The notes below the pieces were generated by a model, which saw only the letters and a list, made by a program, of their open reading frames with translations, had not been told where the DNA came from and ran no database searches. This document shows positions 19,100 to 29,484 of a DNA stretch of 64,000 nt, one piece after another. Positions within the stretch are counted from its first letter, which is position 1. Each line of letters starts with the position of its first letter. A program made the position numbers and the translations under genes. This DNA comes from Candidatus Omnitrophota bacterium (lineage in GTDB: Bacteria > Omnitrophota > Gorgyraeia > Duberdicusellales > 4484-171), in contig JBDRAN010000028.1 of the NCBI GenBank assembly GCA_043823745.1, positions 67,116 through 131,115 on the forward strand, written 5' to 3'.

Positions 19100-19174
19100 G
19101 CAGTCGTCCCTATTTCGTCGTCCGTCTTCCGGGGGAACACGAAAATAAGGTATGGATTGGTATTGTAATTTGTT

Positions 19175-20653
19175 ATGAAAATCGCTTTTTTACAGGAAAC
19201 GGTCAATCAGAATGTCGGCCTGATGTATTTATCGGCCATAGTCAAGAGCCAGGGGCATGATTGCCAACTGTTTGTTGAGTCTTTAGAGAAAGATTTTTTG
19301 AACGCCGTGCGCGCGTTCGCGCCCGATGTTATTGGTTTTAGTATTATTACCGGAGCTCATCACTGGGTGTTGCGCGTCGCAACGAGCCTTAAACGCGAAC
19401 TCCCCGGAGTGCTAGTTATCGCCGGCGGGCCGCACCCTACCTATTGTACTGATTTTATCAAAGAGTCATGTATTGATATTATCGCTCGAGGCGAAGCGGA
19501 ATATTCGTTTCCGCGTCTCGTTGAGTGTTTAGGCCAGGGTAAAGATTATAGCGCGACGCAGGGATTGTGGGTAAAGCGTGGCGATGAAATTATGCGTAAT
19601 GACGTAGCAATGCTGGTCGAGGATTTATCAAGCTTACCTCATCCGGATCATGAATTGTATCTAAAGTATGATTTTTATCGTAACCAGAGTGAAGTTCCTT
19701 TTACCACCACGCGGGGGTGCCCTTTTAATTGTTCGTTTTGCTATAACCATGTCAAGGCAACACTCTATAAAGGTAAGGGAAAATATGTGCGTATGCGCGG
19801 GGTAAGCGATATTATCGCCGAGATGGAGCACGCGCGCCGGTTGTATCCGAAGATGCGTTCGGTGATCTTGTATGATGATATTATTGGTATCGATAGGAAA
19901 TGGCTGGCTTCCTATTGTAGCGCTTACCGGGAGTCGATTAATCTTCCGTGGTTTACCAGTATCAGGGCGGATATTGTCGATGAAGGTGTAGCGCGCGAAC
20001 TCGGCAGCGCCAATTGTTTTTGTCTGTCGCTTGGCCTTGAGACCGGGGATGATGATTTACGGGAAAAAGTTTTGTGTAAGCGCATTCCGGGCGCGCAATA
20101 CTTACGCGCGGCACAGCTTTTGCACGCGCAGAATATTAAGGTACGTACTTCAAATATGCTTTTTTTACCCGGAGAAAATATAGAGAAAGCGCTTGCCACG
20201 ATTAATATAAACCGCGCGATGGAGGTTGATTTCGCCTGGGCCTATACGATGCAGCCGTATCCGGGGACCGACATTTACGATTATGCGGTTAAGTCAGGTT
20301 TTCTTCCGCCGTCGTTTCAATTTGACGATATTGATCCTTTGGGGCTTCTTGATCCAATTGTGATGGTGCCTGATGTCCGCAAGATCCTTGTGGTGCACCG
20401 GCTTTTTCAGTTTTTGATTCATAACAATGTTGTGTACAGGATGCGTTCTTTTCTGATTGCGATAGGGCCGAATCCTGTGTATGATTTTTTCTATTATTTT
20501 TCTCTCATTAAGAGTTACGCGCGGTATCACCAGGTTAGTTTCCTGCGGGCATTGAAAGTAGCCTGGACTAATTATTGGGGGACGCGTATAACACGCAGCG
20601 TATATGTAAAAAAACAAAAAAAGGAGATACATGCGCCTGCCGCGTCTTGCTGA
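19175..20653 (+). CDS. B12-binding radical SAM protein
   Basis: GGPHPT, RGEAE, RGCPFNCSFC and LGLETG. Confidence 0.9.
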   Translation: MKIAFLQETVNQNVGLMYLSAIVKSQGHDCQLFVESLEKDFLNAVRAFAPDVIGFSIITGAHHWVLRVATSLKRELPGVLVIAGGPHPTYCTDFIKESCIDIIARGEAEYSFPRLVECLGQGKDYSATQGLWVKRGDEIMRNDVAMLVEDLSSLPHPDHELYLKYDFYRNQSEVPFTTTRGCPFNCSFCYNHVKATLYKGKGKYVRMRGVSDIIAEMEHARRLYPKMRSVILYDDIIGIDRKWLASYCSAYRESINLPWFTSIRADIVDEGVARELGSANCFCLSLGLETGDDDLREKVLCKRIPGAQYLRAAQLLHAQNIKVRTSNMLFLPGENIEKALATININRAMEVDFAWAYTMQPYPGTDIYDYAVKSGFLPPSFQFDDIDPLGLLDPIVMVPDVRKILVVHRLFQFLIHNNVVYRMRSFLIAIGPNPVYDFFYYFSLIKSYARYHQVSFLRALKVAWTNYWGTRITRSVYVKKQKKEIHAPAASC

Positions 20654-22205
20654 TATGAGTATTGTCGGCATTCTGGTAATGCTTTTTTTATGCGTTGCTG
20701 TCCCGCGTTTTCAGTTTCCCGATCTTGACCACGGGGATGATTATCAGGATGCCGATGTTTTAAATTCGGGGACTAACTTTGAACGTTTTGGGTTCGTCGC
20801 CTGCCGGTTCCTGCCGGTTTTGCAATTAGGACTTGAGAGCCCGCGTGACCCCTATACCCATTATCCGCCCCTGCCGCAGATCATAAACGGCGTTTTGCGT
20901 AAAGTTTTTAAAACCGGCTCGCTGAGTTTTTTTAGAGCGGTTGCGCTTCTGGTGTCGTTGGCCAATTTTCTATTTTGGTATTGGTGCGTCTTGCTTTTGA
21001 CACGTTCTCGGGGCATTGGGATCATTTCCGCCATCTTTTATCTGACGAACCCATTTTTTATCTACGGGATCGATTCTTTGAGCGAATTTCTCTACGCGGA
21101 CGCGTTGCGTTCGGTTATCCTGTTCGTCTTTTTATATCGTCAAACCGCCGCGCGGCCGGGCCGCTGGCTCGCCTGGGTTCTGTGGGGTCTTATTTTTACG
21201 ACGTCCTTAGTTTCGTTTGAGTACATTATTTTCTTTTCGCTCTTTTTTATCCTGTGCCGTTATTTTTTACCCTCCCTTCGTGCGCCATCCTGGAAATTGA
21301 TTGTTTTTTTGTGCACCGCTCCGGTCGCGGGGTTTCTGTTGCATTTTATTCAAAACGCCTGGTATTTTGCCGACGCGTCGCGCGCGTTTGACGATTTACG
21401 TTCCAGTGCCACCGAGCGCATCGTGGCCAGCAAAGACTCTTCGCTTTCGCTTAATTTTTCCAGTTGGTGGAGAGAAGTCGTGCTGCGCAATGTTACGCTC
21501 GTATTTATTTTTAACCACTTTTTACTCTTATTTTCGTTTTTTGTCGGTTATCTGGCGCGCCGGAATCTGTCCGGCCAGGACAAGGCCCGCGCGGCCAGCC
21601 TCGGCCGGTTCTTCGTTATTCTTTTTATATGCGGGCTTACGTGGTATGTATTTTTTCCATCGCATTCGCTTGCGCATACCTACGTGCTTTTTTTGGCGCG
21701 CCACCTGGTGCCGGCAGCAACGATTGGATTTTCGCTTTTGTTTTTTATTTTGTTCGCGGCCGCGCGTAACGCTCCTCAATACGCCGTGGTGATAAAAAAT
21801 ATTTGCATTACCGGAGGGGTCATTTTTGTGGCCGTCTCCGGTATTTCGCGGACGGGATTGCCGGTTACCAAAGATCTCCGGGAATACGCGCGTGATTTTT
21901 TTATGATCAAACAGTGTTTGGTCCAGTTGCGCGTTCGTTCGGATAAAAAGGATACGATCGCGATTAATTACCACCGTTCGCCGTTTGTGCGCTACTATAC
22001 CGATCGTTTTGTGCAGAATATTTTCGGCGTTCCGGAGCTCACTGCGCTTCATCGGCTTCCGCGATATTTTATCTTCATGCCGTATAACAATAAACCGACC
22101 GCGGAACTTTTGGAGTTTTTACAGGAACAGTATATGCAAGTCCTTGAATCTCGTTCGCGGCGTTTCCCGGCGCTGGTGTTCGAGCTGAAAGCAAAACAAC
22201 CATGA
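20631..22205 (+). CDS. Multi-TM GT-C-like membrane protein
   Basis: Acidic first loop (DHGDDYQDAD), YTHYPPL and about 11 hydrophobic segments. Confidence 0.6.
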   Translation: MRLPRLADMSIVGILVMLFLCVAVPRFQFPDLDHGDDYQDADVLNSGTNFERFGFVACRFLPVLQLGLESPRDPYTHYPPLPQIINGVLRKVFKTGSLSFFRAVALLVSLANFLFWYWCVLLLTRSRGIGIISAIFYLTNPFFIYGIDSLSEFLYADALRSVILFVFLYRQTAARPGRWLAWVLWGLIFTTSLVSFEYIIFFSLFFILCRYFLPSLRAPSWKLIVFLCTAPVAGFLLHFIQNAWYFADASRAFDDLRSSATERIVASKDSSLSLNFSSWWREVVLRNVTLVFIFNHFLLLFSFFVGYLARRNLSGQDKARAASLGRFFVILFICGLTWYVFFPSHSLAHTYVLFLARHLVPAATIGFSLLFFILFAAARNAPQYAVVIKNICITGGVIFVAVSGISRTGLPVTKDLREYARDFFMIKQCLVQLRVRSDKKDTIAINYHRSPFVRYYTDRFVQNIFGVPELTALHRLPRYFIFMPYNNKPTAELLEFLQEQYMQVLESRSRRFPALVFELKAKQP

Positions 22206-23131
22206 AGGGATCCGTCATAATTCCGGTGCGCGGAGACGCGCCGTATCTAGCCCGGTGCCTGGAGTCGGTAATAAAGGGCGCCGGTTCTTTTGAGATTATT
22301 CTCGTCGATGACGGCTTGACACTTGAGGCGCGAGAACAGTTGAAAGCATTTGAGGGGCGCGTTCGTGTGCTTGAGAGCACCGGCAAAGGCGCCTCCCGGG
22401 CGCGCAATCTTGCGGCACGCCAAAGTTCCGCCGACTTTATTGCGTTTACCGACAGCGATTGTATTGTTGACCGGCATTGGATCGAGGAATTATTGAAGGG
22501 TTTTGACGCGTTTCCCGGCGTCGTCGCCTGCGGCGGGCCGCAGCGTTTACCGGCGGACGCAACCGCGTTTGAGGCGCGTGTCTTTTTATTTATGCAGCAC
22601 GCGGGCATTATTTCTGATTACGTGCGCACCCCCTCGGGGGATCGGATCGTTTTCGTGAAGCATAATCCATCCTGCAATGTTATGTATAAGCGTGATATTT
22701 TTCTTGAGAGCGGGGGGTTCCTCGAGAATTTCTGGCCGGGAGAGGATGTTGAACTTGACTGGCGGCTGCACGGTAAGGGGTACTCTTTGGTCACCAATCC
22801 CAAAGCTGTCGTGTATCATTATAAACCGACGGACATGGCCCTGTTTGCGCGGATGATGTCACGGTATGGGTGGGCGCAGGGGTGCCTGGTGCGCATGCAC
22901 GGGGTTACGCGGTTGCTGCATTTGGCGGCGTTAGGGGCCCTGGCGGTCCTACTTATCGTGATCGCTTTGTTTATCATCAATCCGTTTGCTGCGGTATCGC
23001 TCATTGTCGGCATGGCGGCGGCATTATACGTGTATTGCTGTTTTCGCCGTCTTGATTTGCGGCTTCTTTTGACCGGTATTTTTTTCTGGCATCGCGGGTT
23101 TTTAAAAGGTATCTGCGCGCCGGGCCGTTAG
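22202..23131 (+). CDS. GT2 glycosyltransferase with C-terminal TM helices
   Basis: SVIIPV, VDDG, ARN, FTDSDC and GEDVEL. Confidence 0.9.
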   Translation: MKGSVIIPVRGDAPYLARCLESVIKGAGSFEIILVDDGLTLEAREQLKAFEGRVRVLESTGKGASRARNLAARQSSADFIAFTDSDCIVDRHWIEELLKGFDAFPGVVACGGPQRLPADATAFEARVFLFMQHAGIISDYVRTPSGDRIVFVKHNPSCNVMYKRDIFLESGGFLENFWPGEDVELDWRLHGKGYSLVTNPKAVVYHYKPTDMALFARMMSRYGWAQGCLVRMHGVTRLLHLAALGALAVLLIVIALFIINPFAAVSLIVGMAAALYVYCCFRRLDLRLLLTGIFFWHRGFLKGICAPGR

Positions 23132-23156
23132 CATAATTCGGAGTATCTTCCGTAAG

Positions 23157-25124
23157 ATGAATTTATTTCATTCACAAAAGGATCTTTTTGCAATTTTCGC
23201 CATTACGTTCTTGGCGTGTATTGTTTTTTTCAATATTTTTGGAAATGCATTTATCTGGGATGACCAGCAGCTTATTGTTGAAAACCCTCATATTCAGTCG
23301 CTTAAAAGCCTTCCGTTTTTGTTTTCCCCGAGTTACTGGAAATATCATGCGCCTGAGGTCCGTGGCTGGTATCGGCCCGCCCGCGTCGTGACGTTAACCA
23401 TCGATTACTTTTTCTGGAAGCGTAATCCGTTTGGCTACCATTTGACAAATACACTTCTCCATGCCGCTAACAGTATTTTTGTATATTTTCTGACAGGGCT
23501 CCTTACCGCAACCATGGTATCGAGGACGAAAATAAAAGAGGGGGGCCGAGGGTGGCCGCAATTTTTTGAGCCGGCGTTTGTTGCCGCCGCGCTTTTTGCG
23601 GTCCATCCGATGCATGTAGAGTCAGTTGCCTGGATAAAGAACCGTTCCGATCTTTTGGCTTTATTCTTTTTTCTCGTGTCATTTTTATTGTTCGCACGGT
23701 TTCTGGCGCGCGGCGGTTGGTTCTTCTCTTTAGCGTCCATCGGCGCAATGTTCGCGGCATTCTGTTCTAAAGAAATGGGTTTGGTCATGCCGCTGGTATT
23801 GTTTTCGTACGTTGTTTTTTTTGTGCCGTCCGGGCGCCGCCGGAGGGCTGCGGCAGTAGTTGGGCCGATGTTTGTGCTCGCCTTTCTTTATTTTATATTC
23901 GGAAGGAGTATCGTTCCGGCGACCAGTGCGCCTCCCGCATACCCGATGAACGTGTATATTCATTGTTTAGCCGTCCTTAAGACATACGCATATTATATAA
24001 GGCTGGTGTGCGTTCCTGTCGGGCTGAATGCCGCACGTTTTTTTGGCATTCCGCGTTCATTTGTTGAGCCGGGAGTATTTTTTTCAATAGGAACGCTTCT
24101 GATAGCCGCATTTGCTTTTTTGAGCGTCGTACGGAAATCTCGCCCGGCTGCATTCGCGATATTATGGTTTTTCATAACGCTTCTACCTGTTTCTAATATA
24201 TTGTTTCTTGAAGGGCGTCCTATTGCCGAGCAACGCCTCTATATTCCATCGGTCGGATTTTGCATTTTCAGTGCGTTGGCCATCTATGCCTTGGCGTGTT
24301 CACGGATGCGGTTGACTTCTCGTGTCAAGGGGCCGCAGTTGGCATCTGTTGTGTTTATTTCGCTTCTTATCTGGTGGGGCACGACGACGGTTATGCGTAA
24401 TTTTGACTGGAAAGATTCTATTACGTTTTGGTCCAAGACGGTCCGTCAGTCTCCCTGGAGCAGCAGGGCTCTGTATAATTTGGGGACCGCCTATGTGTAT
24501 CAGGGCGATTTTGCGCGGGCAGCCGGTTTGTATGAGCAGTCGCTGGCCCGCAATCCCTCATCGCTCGATGCGCTTAATAATCTGGGCAATATTTATTATC
24601 AAAAAGGAGATTTTGAAAAAGCGATAGGATTGTATCGCGCGGCATTCGCGGTCGATCCCCGTTCTCTGGAAACATATAATAATCTTGGCGCCGCATACCA
24701 GGCTGTCAATAGGAGCTTCGAGGCCGCGAATGCTTATCAAGAAGCTATTACGATCGACCCGGACGACCCGGCGGCGTACAATAATTTGGGCACCTTGTAT
24801 GAGGCCGGCGGAAAAACACAGGAAGCCATCGCTGTGTATAAAAAAGCGGTTGTGTTAAAGCGCGCGTCGGCAGAAGTTTTTTTTAATCTAGGTGTTTCGT
24901 ATTGCTCGGCAGGGCAATACGCACAAGGGCTGGAAGCTTTCGCGCAGGCGATAGCGCGTAATCCCGCTTTCGCGCAGGCGTACAATAATATGGCGGTGGT
25001 GTACTATTACCAGCGGGATTACGACCGGGCATTGAGCACCGCTGAAAAAGCGGAAACGTTAGGCCTGCGCAACGAGGAACTTTTCCAGGCGCTTGAAGCT
25101 CTCGGAGCGAATATTCAATCGTGA
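23157..25124 (+). CDS. TMTC-like membrane glycosyltransferase with C-terminal TPRs
   Basis: FIWDD, YRP, FAVHPMHVESVAWI, SKE, AEQRLYIPS, then about 6 TPRs (YNNLG repeats). Confidence 0.88.
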   Translation: MNLFHSQKDLFAIFAITFLACIVFFNIFGNAFIWDDQQLIVENPHIQSLKSLPFLFSPSYWKYHAPEVRGWYRPARVVTLTIDYFFWKRNPFGYHLTNTLLHAANSIFVYFLTGLLTATMVSRTKIKEGGRGWPQFFEPAFVAAALFAVHPMHVESVAWIKNRSDLLALFFFLVSFLLFARFLARGGWFFSLASIGAMFAAFCSKEMGLVMPLVLFSYVVFFVPSGRRRRAAAVVGPMFVLAFLYFIFGRSIVPATSAPPAYPMNVYIHCLAVLKTYAYYIRLVCVPVGLNAARFFGIPRSFVEPGVFFSIGTLLIAAFAFLSVVRKSRPAAFAILWFFITLLPVSNILFLEGRPIAEQRLYIPSVGFCIFSALAIYALACSRMRLTSRVKGPQLASVVFISLLIWWGTTTVMRNFDWKDSITFWSKTVRQSPWSSRALYNLGTAYVYQGDFARAAGLYEQSLARNPSSLDALNNLGNIYYQKGDFEKAIGLYRAAFAVDPRSLETYNNLGAAYQAVNRSFEAANAYQEAITIDPDDPAAYNNLGTLYEAGGKTQEAIAVYKKAVVLKRASAEVFFNLGVSYCSAGQYAQGLEAFAQAIARNPAFAQAYNNMAVVYYYQRDYDRALSTAEKAETLGLRNEELFQALEALGANIQS

Positions 25125-25238
25125 GCGCTTGCTTTTTCAGTACTCAACGATAGAATGCATTATGCCGTACGGCGGCTCGGCGCAGGTGTCCTTTGCTTTG
25201 CGTACGCGCCCAGCCGTTGTGGCCTGCAGCATGTATCC

Positions 25239-26738
25239 ATGAAAGAAAAAAAATATAAAATTTATCTTTTTTATGTCTCCAATAATCCCCTCTGGAGGCA
25301 TTTTCCTAATTCATTACTTGCGCTCTGCAATCCCCTGACTGATGCGGGGCTTACTCCGGTGATTATCGATACCGTGCTGCAGAAGACGGAGATTCTCGCG
25401 CTCGATGACGCGCTTTTTGCCGGTTTTAGTATTTATACCGACATTAATATTACGCGAGCCCTGGCGCTTGCGCGCGACCTACGAGCGCGCTATCCCACGC
25501 TTCCCTTGGTTTGGGGCGGCCCGCACGTGATCATGAAGCCCGAGCAGGCCGCCCGGCATCCGCTGGTTGATGTTGCCTGTTACGGCGAAGGAGAAATCTC
25601 TGTTGCCGCCCTGGCACGGAATCTTTTAAACGGAAAAGAAACCTTTGAAAATGTTCCGGGGATTATCTGGAAAAATGCCGCCGGCGAGCTCGTTAAAAAT
25701 CCTGCTCCCGATTATGTCGATGTGAACGCGCTTGCCGTATATCCGTACCAGATCCTTGACGAGAAGTTGTATAACTTAAAGCACGGGAAAATTTATTATG
25801 AGGCAAGCAGGGGGTGTCCGTATGGGTGTAAATTTTGTTCGTATGATCACACCAAGTGGCGTAATCGTGCCGCGGATAAAGTCATTGAGGATCTAGGTTT
25901 CATCGAGCGCGAGTTTATGCCTCAGGAAATCCAAATTACCGACGCCAACCATTTCATGAGTATTCCCTGGGTCAGCCGGATCTGGGCGGGGAAAATTTCC
26001 CGGGGGTTAAAATTCCGCTGGGAAACTAATTGCCGCTTTGATACGCTCGCACGCATACCCGATGAGGTGCTTGCAATAATCGCCGCCTCGGGGTGTTATC
26101 AACTGCGCCTGGGGGCTGAGTCAGGCTCGCAGGAGATCCTTGATTATCTCAATAAAGGCGTCAAGGTTGAGGAGCTTTTCGTGGGACTTGAAAAATGCCG
26201 GCGCCATAACATCGCGCCGCTTATTTCGTTTATGGTAGGATACCCGCCGGAAGGTGAACGCGAGATTGACGCGACGACACAGTTGATTGACCGTATCCGC
26301 GTGAAATTTCCGGCCGCGCAGATCAATGGACTTTTTCAGTTTCAACCCTACCCGAATACCAAAATTTACGAAGAAATCTCCCGTGACTACCACATTCCGC
26401 AGCCGGAAACGCTGGATGGCTGGGCACAGTATCAGATCATCGAGATGCACCGGGGAGATTTTCCCTGGCTCTCCAACCGCCAGTATCGCCAACTGCGGGT
26501 TTTAAACGCGATTGTCAGCTATATTTTCTTCGCGGATAAAGTGCGTAACATGCCCCGGGAGCAGAGGAATGCCATTGCTTTTTTTAAATTCGTTCCCCTA
26601 TTCTATCTTTTTTTAGCGTGCGATAGCGTCGTACGGAACATTTTTGTGCGTTTGCGCTGGGACAGAAAAATAATGTTTTTTCCGTTTGAGTGGTATGTGT
26701 GGAATTTTATCAGGAAGAACGTGCTCAAACTTTTTTAG
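25239..26738 (+). CDS. B12-binding radical SAM protein
   Basis: WGGPH, GEGE, SRGCPYGCKFC and GAESGS. Start reassigned to the ATG at 25239. Confidence 0.88.
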   Translation: MKEKKYKIYLFYVSNNPLWRHFPNSLLALCNPLTDAGLTPVIIDTVLQKTEILALDDALFAGFSIYTDINITRALALARDLRARYPTLPLVWGGPHVIMKPEQAARHPLVDVACYGEGEISVAALARNLLNGKETFENVPGIIWKNAAGELVKNPAPDYVDVNALAVYPYQILDEKLYNLKHGKIYYEASRGCPYGCKFCSYDHTKWRNRAADKVIEDLGFIEREFMPQEIQITDANHFMSIPWVSRIWAGKISRGLKFRWETNCRFDTLARIPDEVLAIIAASGCYQLRLGAESGSQEILDYLNKGVKVEELFVGLEKCRRHNIAPLISFMVGYPPEGEREIDATTQLIDRIRVKFPAAQINGLFQFQPYPNTKIYEEISRDYHIPQPETLDGWAQYQIIEMHRGDFPWLSNRQYRQLRVLNAIVSYIFFADKVRNMPREQRNAIAFFKFVPLFYLFLACDSVVRNIFVRLRWDRKIMFFPFEWYVWNFIRKNVLKLF

Positions 26739-26766
26739 CGGTTAGCTCATGGGAGAGAATAAGAAT

Positions 26767-26918
26767 GAGGGACGAGGGACGCGGATAAGCACGAATGCCC
26801 ACGAATAAAAAACGAATGATCACGAATTAAAGATTCGTGTGAATTCGTGACCCAATTTGTGGTAATTCGTGTTTGTACATTTGCGGTCATTAGCGTTTTA
26901 AATTAGCGGTCATTAGCG
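26767..26918. repeat. Inverted array of CACGAAT/ATTCGTG units plus ATTAGCG units
   Basis: Four cacgaat-like units (26790-26827) face four attcgtg-like units (26833-26871). Confidence 0.85.
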
Positions 26919-26928
26919 TAATATAAAT

Positions 26929-28074
26929 ATGAAAGTCTTAATAGTTAATCGTTATATGTCGCTGTACGGAGGAGCGGAAACCGTAGTAAAAGAGCTTGCC
27001 GCCGCATTGACCCGCTGCAACATCACAACTGCCGTACTCACCCTTAATGTATCCCCTGAAGTGGAGAGGCTTTGCAGCGGCATCGATGTGCGTTGTGCGC
27101 CCGGAGTATTTGATTATACGCTACGTAGTTCCGGATTTTTCTCAAGCGTTGGAGTTATCAGGGAAATCAAGGCGTTACGGACGTTACTTAAGAAATATGT
27201 CGCTGATTTTGACCTTATTAACGTGCATAATTTTCCGGCGAGCTGGGTTGCCGGCGGCCTCAAGAAACCCGTTGTTTGGATGTGCAATGAAGTGCCGGAT
27301 TTTTATAATAATCCTAAGCCTTCCATGGCAATACGATTGTTACGCAGTGCCGGCATCCGTCTTGACAAAAAAATCGTCAATGACACCATTGATTCTATTT
27401 GTGTTGCTGACGAATACAATGCCGCGATGGTTAAAGAGCGCTACGGCCGTACACCCGTTATCGTTAACTACGGAATCGAAACTGATTTTTTCTCATCCGG
27501 CGGCGACAGTGCGCCGCAGCAGCCGCAGACGGTTTTTACGCTTTTGCAGGTTGGAATGCTGAGCCCCGAAAAAAATCAACTAAAAAGCCTCGAGGCCCTT
27601 GCGACGCTCAAAGCAGATATTCCCAATATTATGCTTGTCCTTGCCGGAAGACCTCAGGAACCATACGCCTCGATGCTTCGCAGGCAAGCCGATGCTCTTG
27701 GTATCGCCGATAAGGTTGTGTTTACCGGACATATTACCAAAAATGATGTCCGTGATTTATATCATGCTTGCCAGGTTGCGCTCTTTCCGGTAAAATCTCA
27801 GGGCGGCTGGCTGGCGCCATTTGAGGCGTTGTCTGCGGCAAAACCGATCGTCACTTCAACGACCATGGGAGCAGCGAGTGTCATTAGCCGCCATGACCTG
27901 GGGATTGTTTCCGATGATTTCGCCGGGGCGATAAAAGATATTTATAGTCGTTACCAGGAATATCAAGAGAAAGCAGTCACCTCATGCGCCTGGGTCAAAA
28001 AGCATCTGACTTGGGAGCGGTTTACGGATACGATGGTGAAAGTGTTTGAGGAAACGATGGCACGGCGAGGATAA
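26929..28074 (+). CDS. GT4 glycosyltransferase
   Basis: GGAET, VGMLSPEKN, FTGHI and GWLAPFEA. Confidence 0.9.
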   Translation: MKVLIVNRYMSLYGGAETVVKELAAALTRCNITTAVLTLNVSPEVERLCSGIDVRCAPGVFDYTLRSSGFFSSVGVIREIKALRTLLKKYVADFDLINVHNFPASWVAGGLKKPVVWMCNEVPDFYNNPKPSMAIRLLRSAGIRLDKKIVNDTIDSICVADEYNAAMVKERYGRTPVIVNYGIETDFFSSGGDSAPQQPQTVFTLLQVGMLSPEKNQLKSLEALATLKADIPNIMLVLAGRPQEPYASMLRRQADALGIADKVVFTGHITKNDVRDLYHACQVALFPVKSQGGWLAPFEALSAAKPIVTSTTMGAASVISRHDLGIVSDDFAGAIKDIYSRYQEYQEKAVTSCAWVKKHLTWERFTDTMVKVFEETMARRG

Positions 28075-28081
28075 GCAAGGA

Positions 28082-28191
28082 AGCTCATAGCTCATAAGCT
28101 CATAGGAAAGATGGCAGATAAGAAATCGAGAGATGAAGAAAAGATCTAATCGATTAGGAATCTCTGTAATCTTTCTCTAATCGCTGTAATC
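28082..28191. repeat. Short repeats: agctcat x3 and aatctctgtaatc/aatcgctgtaatc
   Basis: Read directly; 28159-28191 is the near reverse complement of 30244-30276. Confidence 0.75.
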
Positions 28192-28230
28192 ATAAATAAG
28201 TAATTCGCGTTCAAAAGAAGGAGCTTAATA

Positions 28231-29262
28231 ATGAAAGTTCTTGTTACCGGCGGTTGCGGGTTTCTTGGTTCATGGGTATGTGAGTATTACCGGAAAAAGG
28301 GCGATGCGGTTATTGCGTACGATAATATGACCAAGAACGAATTGATGCGTACCGGCTATAATGTCGAGCGTGCCCGTGATTATAATTGGAACTATCTTAA
28401 AAGTGCCGGCGTTGATCTTGTCAAGGCTGACGTGCGTAATAAAGAAGAATTATTTGAGTACGCCAAGAGCGTTGATTTTATCATCCACACCGCGGCGCAG
28501 CCGGCAATGACCATCAGCATTGAAAATCCAGAACTTGATGCAACTACGAATGTCATCGGCACCTTCAATGTGCTTGAGGCAGCGCGTACCTTTAAGATCC
28601 CTGCGGTTTCCTGTGCCACGGTACACGTGTACGGGAACCGGATCAATAAAGAATTAAAGCAGGCAAAAACCCGTTATGTCCGCAAGCCCTCTGCGATTGC
28701 CGAGACGTATCCTACGCTGACCGGAACCTTAACGCCGCTACATGCTTCCAAAGCCTCGGCTGATATTTATGTGCGCACGTATATCGATACTTTTAAAGTC
28801 AAAGCCGCAAGTTTTCGTTTTACCGGCTTATACGGTGAGCGGCAACTGGGTGGAGAGGATCATGGCTGGGTGGCGAATTTCTGCATTCGGGCATTGATGG
28901 GGATGTCGATCTCAATTTACGGCACCGGAAAGCAGGTACGGGATATTTTATATGCCGAAGACGCCGCGCGTGCCTTTGACGCTTTTTACCGCAAGCAGGT
29001 CCCGGGAATTTATAATATCGGCGGCAGCCGGGCTACGATGATCTCGTTGCGCGAAAGCATCAAGATCATCGCGGAGCTCACCGGAAAAAAAATAGACGCA
29101 ACCTTTGGGCCGGAGCGTTTGGGCGATCTGCGTTATTTTGTTTGCGACACCAGAAAGGCGCGTAAAGCCTTTGGCTGGTCGGCGGCGATCAAGCCGCGTG
29201 AAGGGATCAGCCGGCTTATTGCTTGGATAGAGAAGAATAGAAGCTTATTCCAGGCTTCTTGA
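28231..29262 (+). CDS. NAD-dependent epimerase/dehydratase, CDP-paratose/tyvelose epimerase-like
   Basis: TGGCGFLG, HTAAQPAM, YGERQLGGEDHGWV and GTGKQVRD; the catalytic YxxxK position reads LHASK. Confidence 0.85.
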   Translation: MKVLVTGGCGFLGSWVCEYYRKKGDAVIAYDNMTKNELMRTGYNVERARDYNWNYLKSAGVDLVKADVRNKEELFEYAKSVDFIIHTAAQPAMTISIENPELDATTNVIGTFNVLEAARTFKIPAVSCATVHVYGNRINKELKQAKTRYVRKPSAIAETYPTLTGTLTPLHASKASADIYVRTYIDTFKVKAASFRFTGLYGERQLGGEDHGWVANFCIRALMGMSISIYGTGKQVRDILYAEDAARAFDAFYRKQVPGIYNIGGSRATMISLRESIKIIAELTGKKIDATFGPERLGDLRYFVCDTRKARKAFGWSAAIKPREGISRLIAWIEKNRSLFQAS

Positions 29263-29484
29263 GGGGCTGCGCCCCAGTGCGTCCCGTGAGGGGCTGAGAT
29301 GCTCGTTTTGCCTTGGGGCTACGGTTTATCCTTAATTTTATATATTGAGCGGAACCCCTAAACGTAACCGATACTGGCAACGTTACCCTAACCGTTACCG
29401 AAGCACTAAAGAACTACGCTGTCGACAGGTAGGGAAGCGAGCCGCGCAACCGCAGGACGCACGACGAGATGATTGGATAACTAT

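Noticed and set aside
25129-25156. Possible internal promoter TTGCTT-16-TAGAAT
   Set aside because: Plausible, but too weak to support without transcript data.
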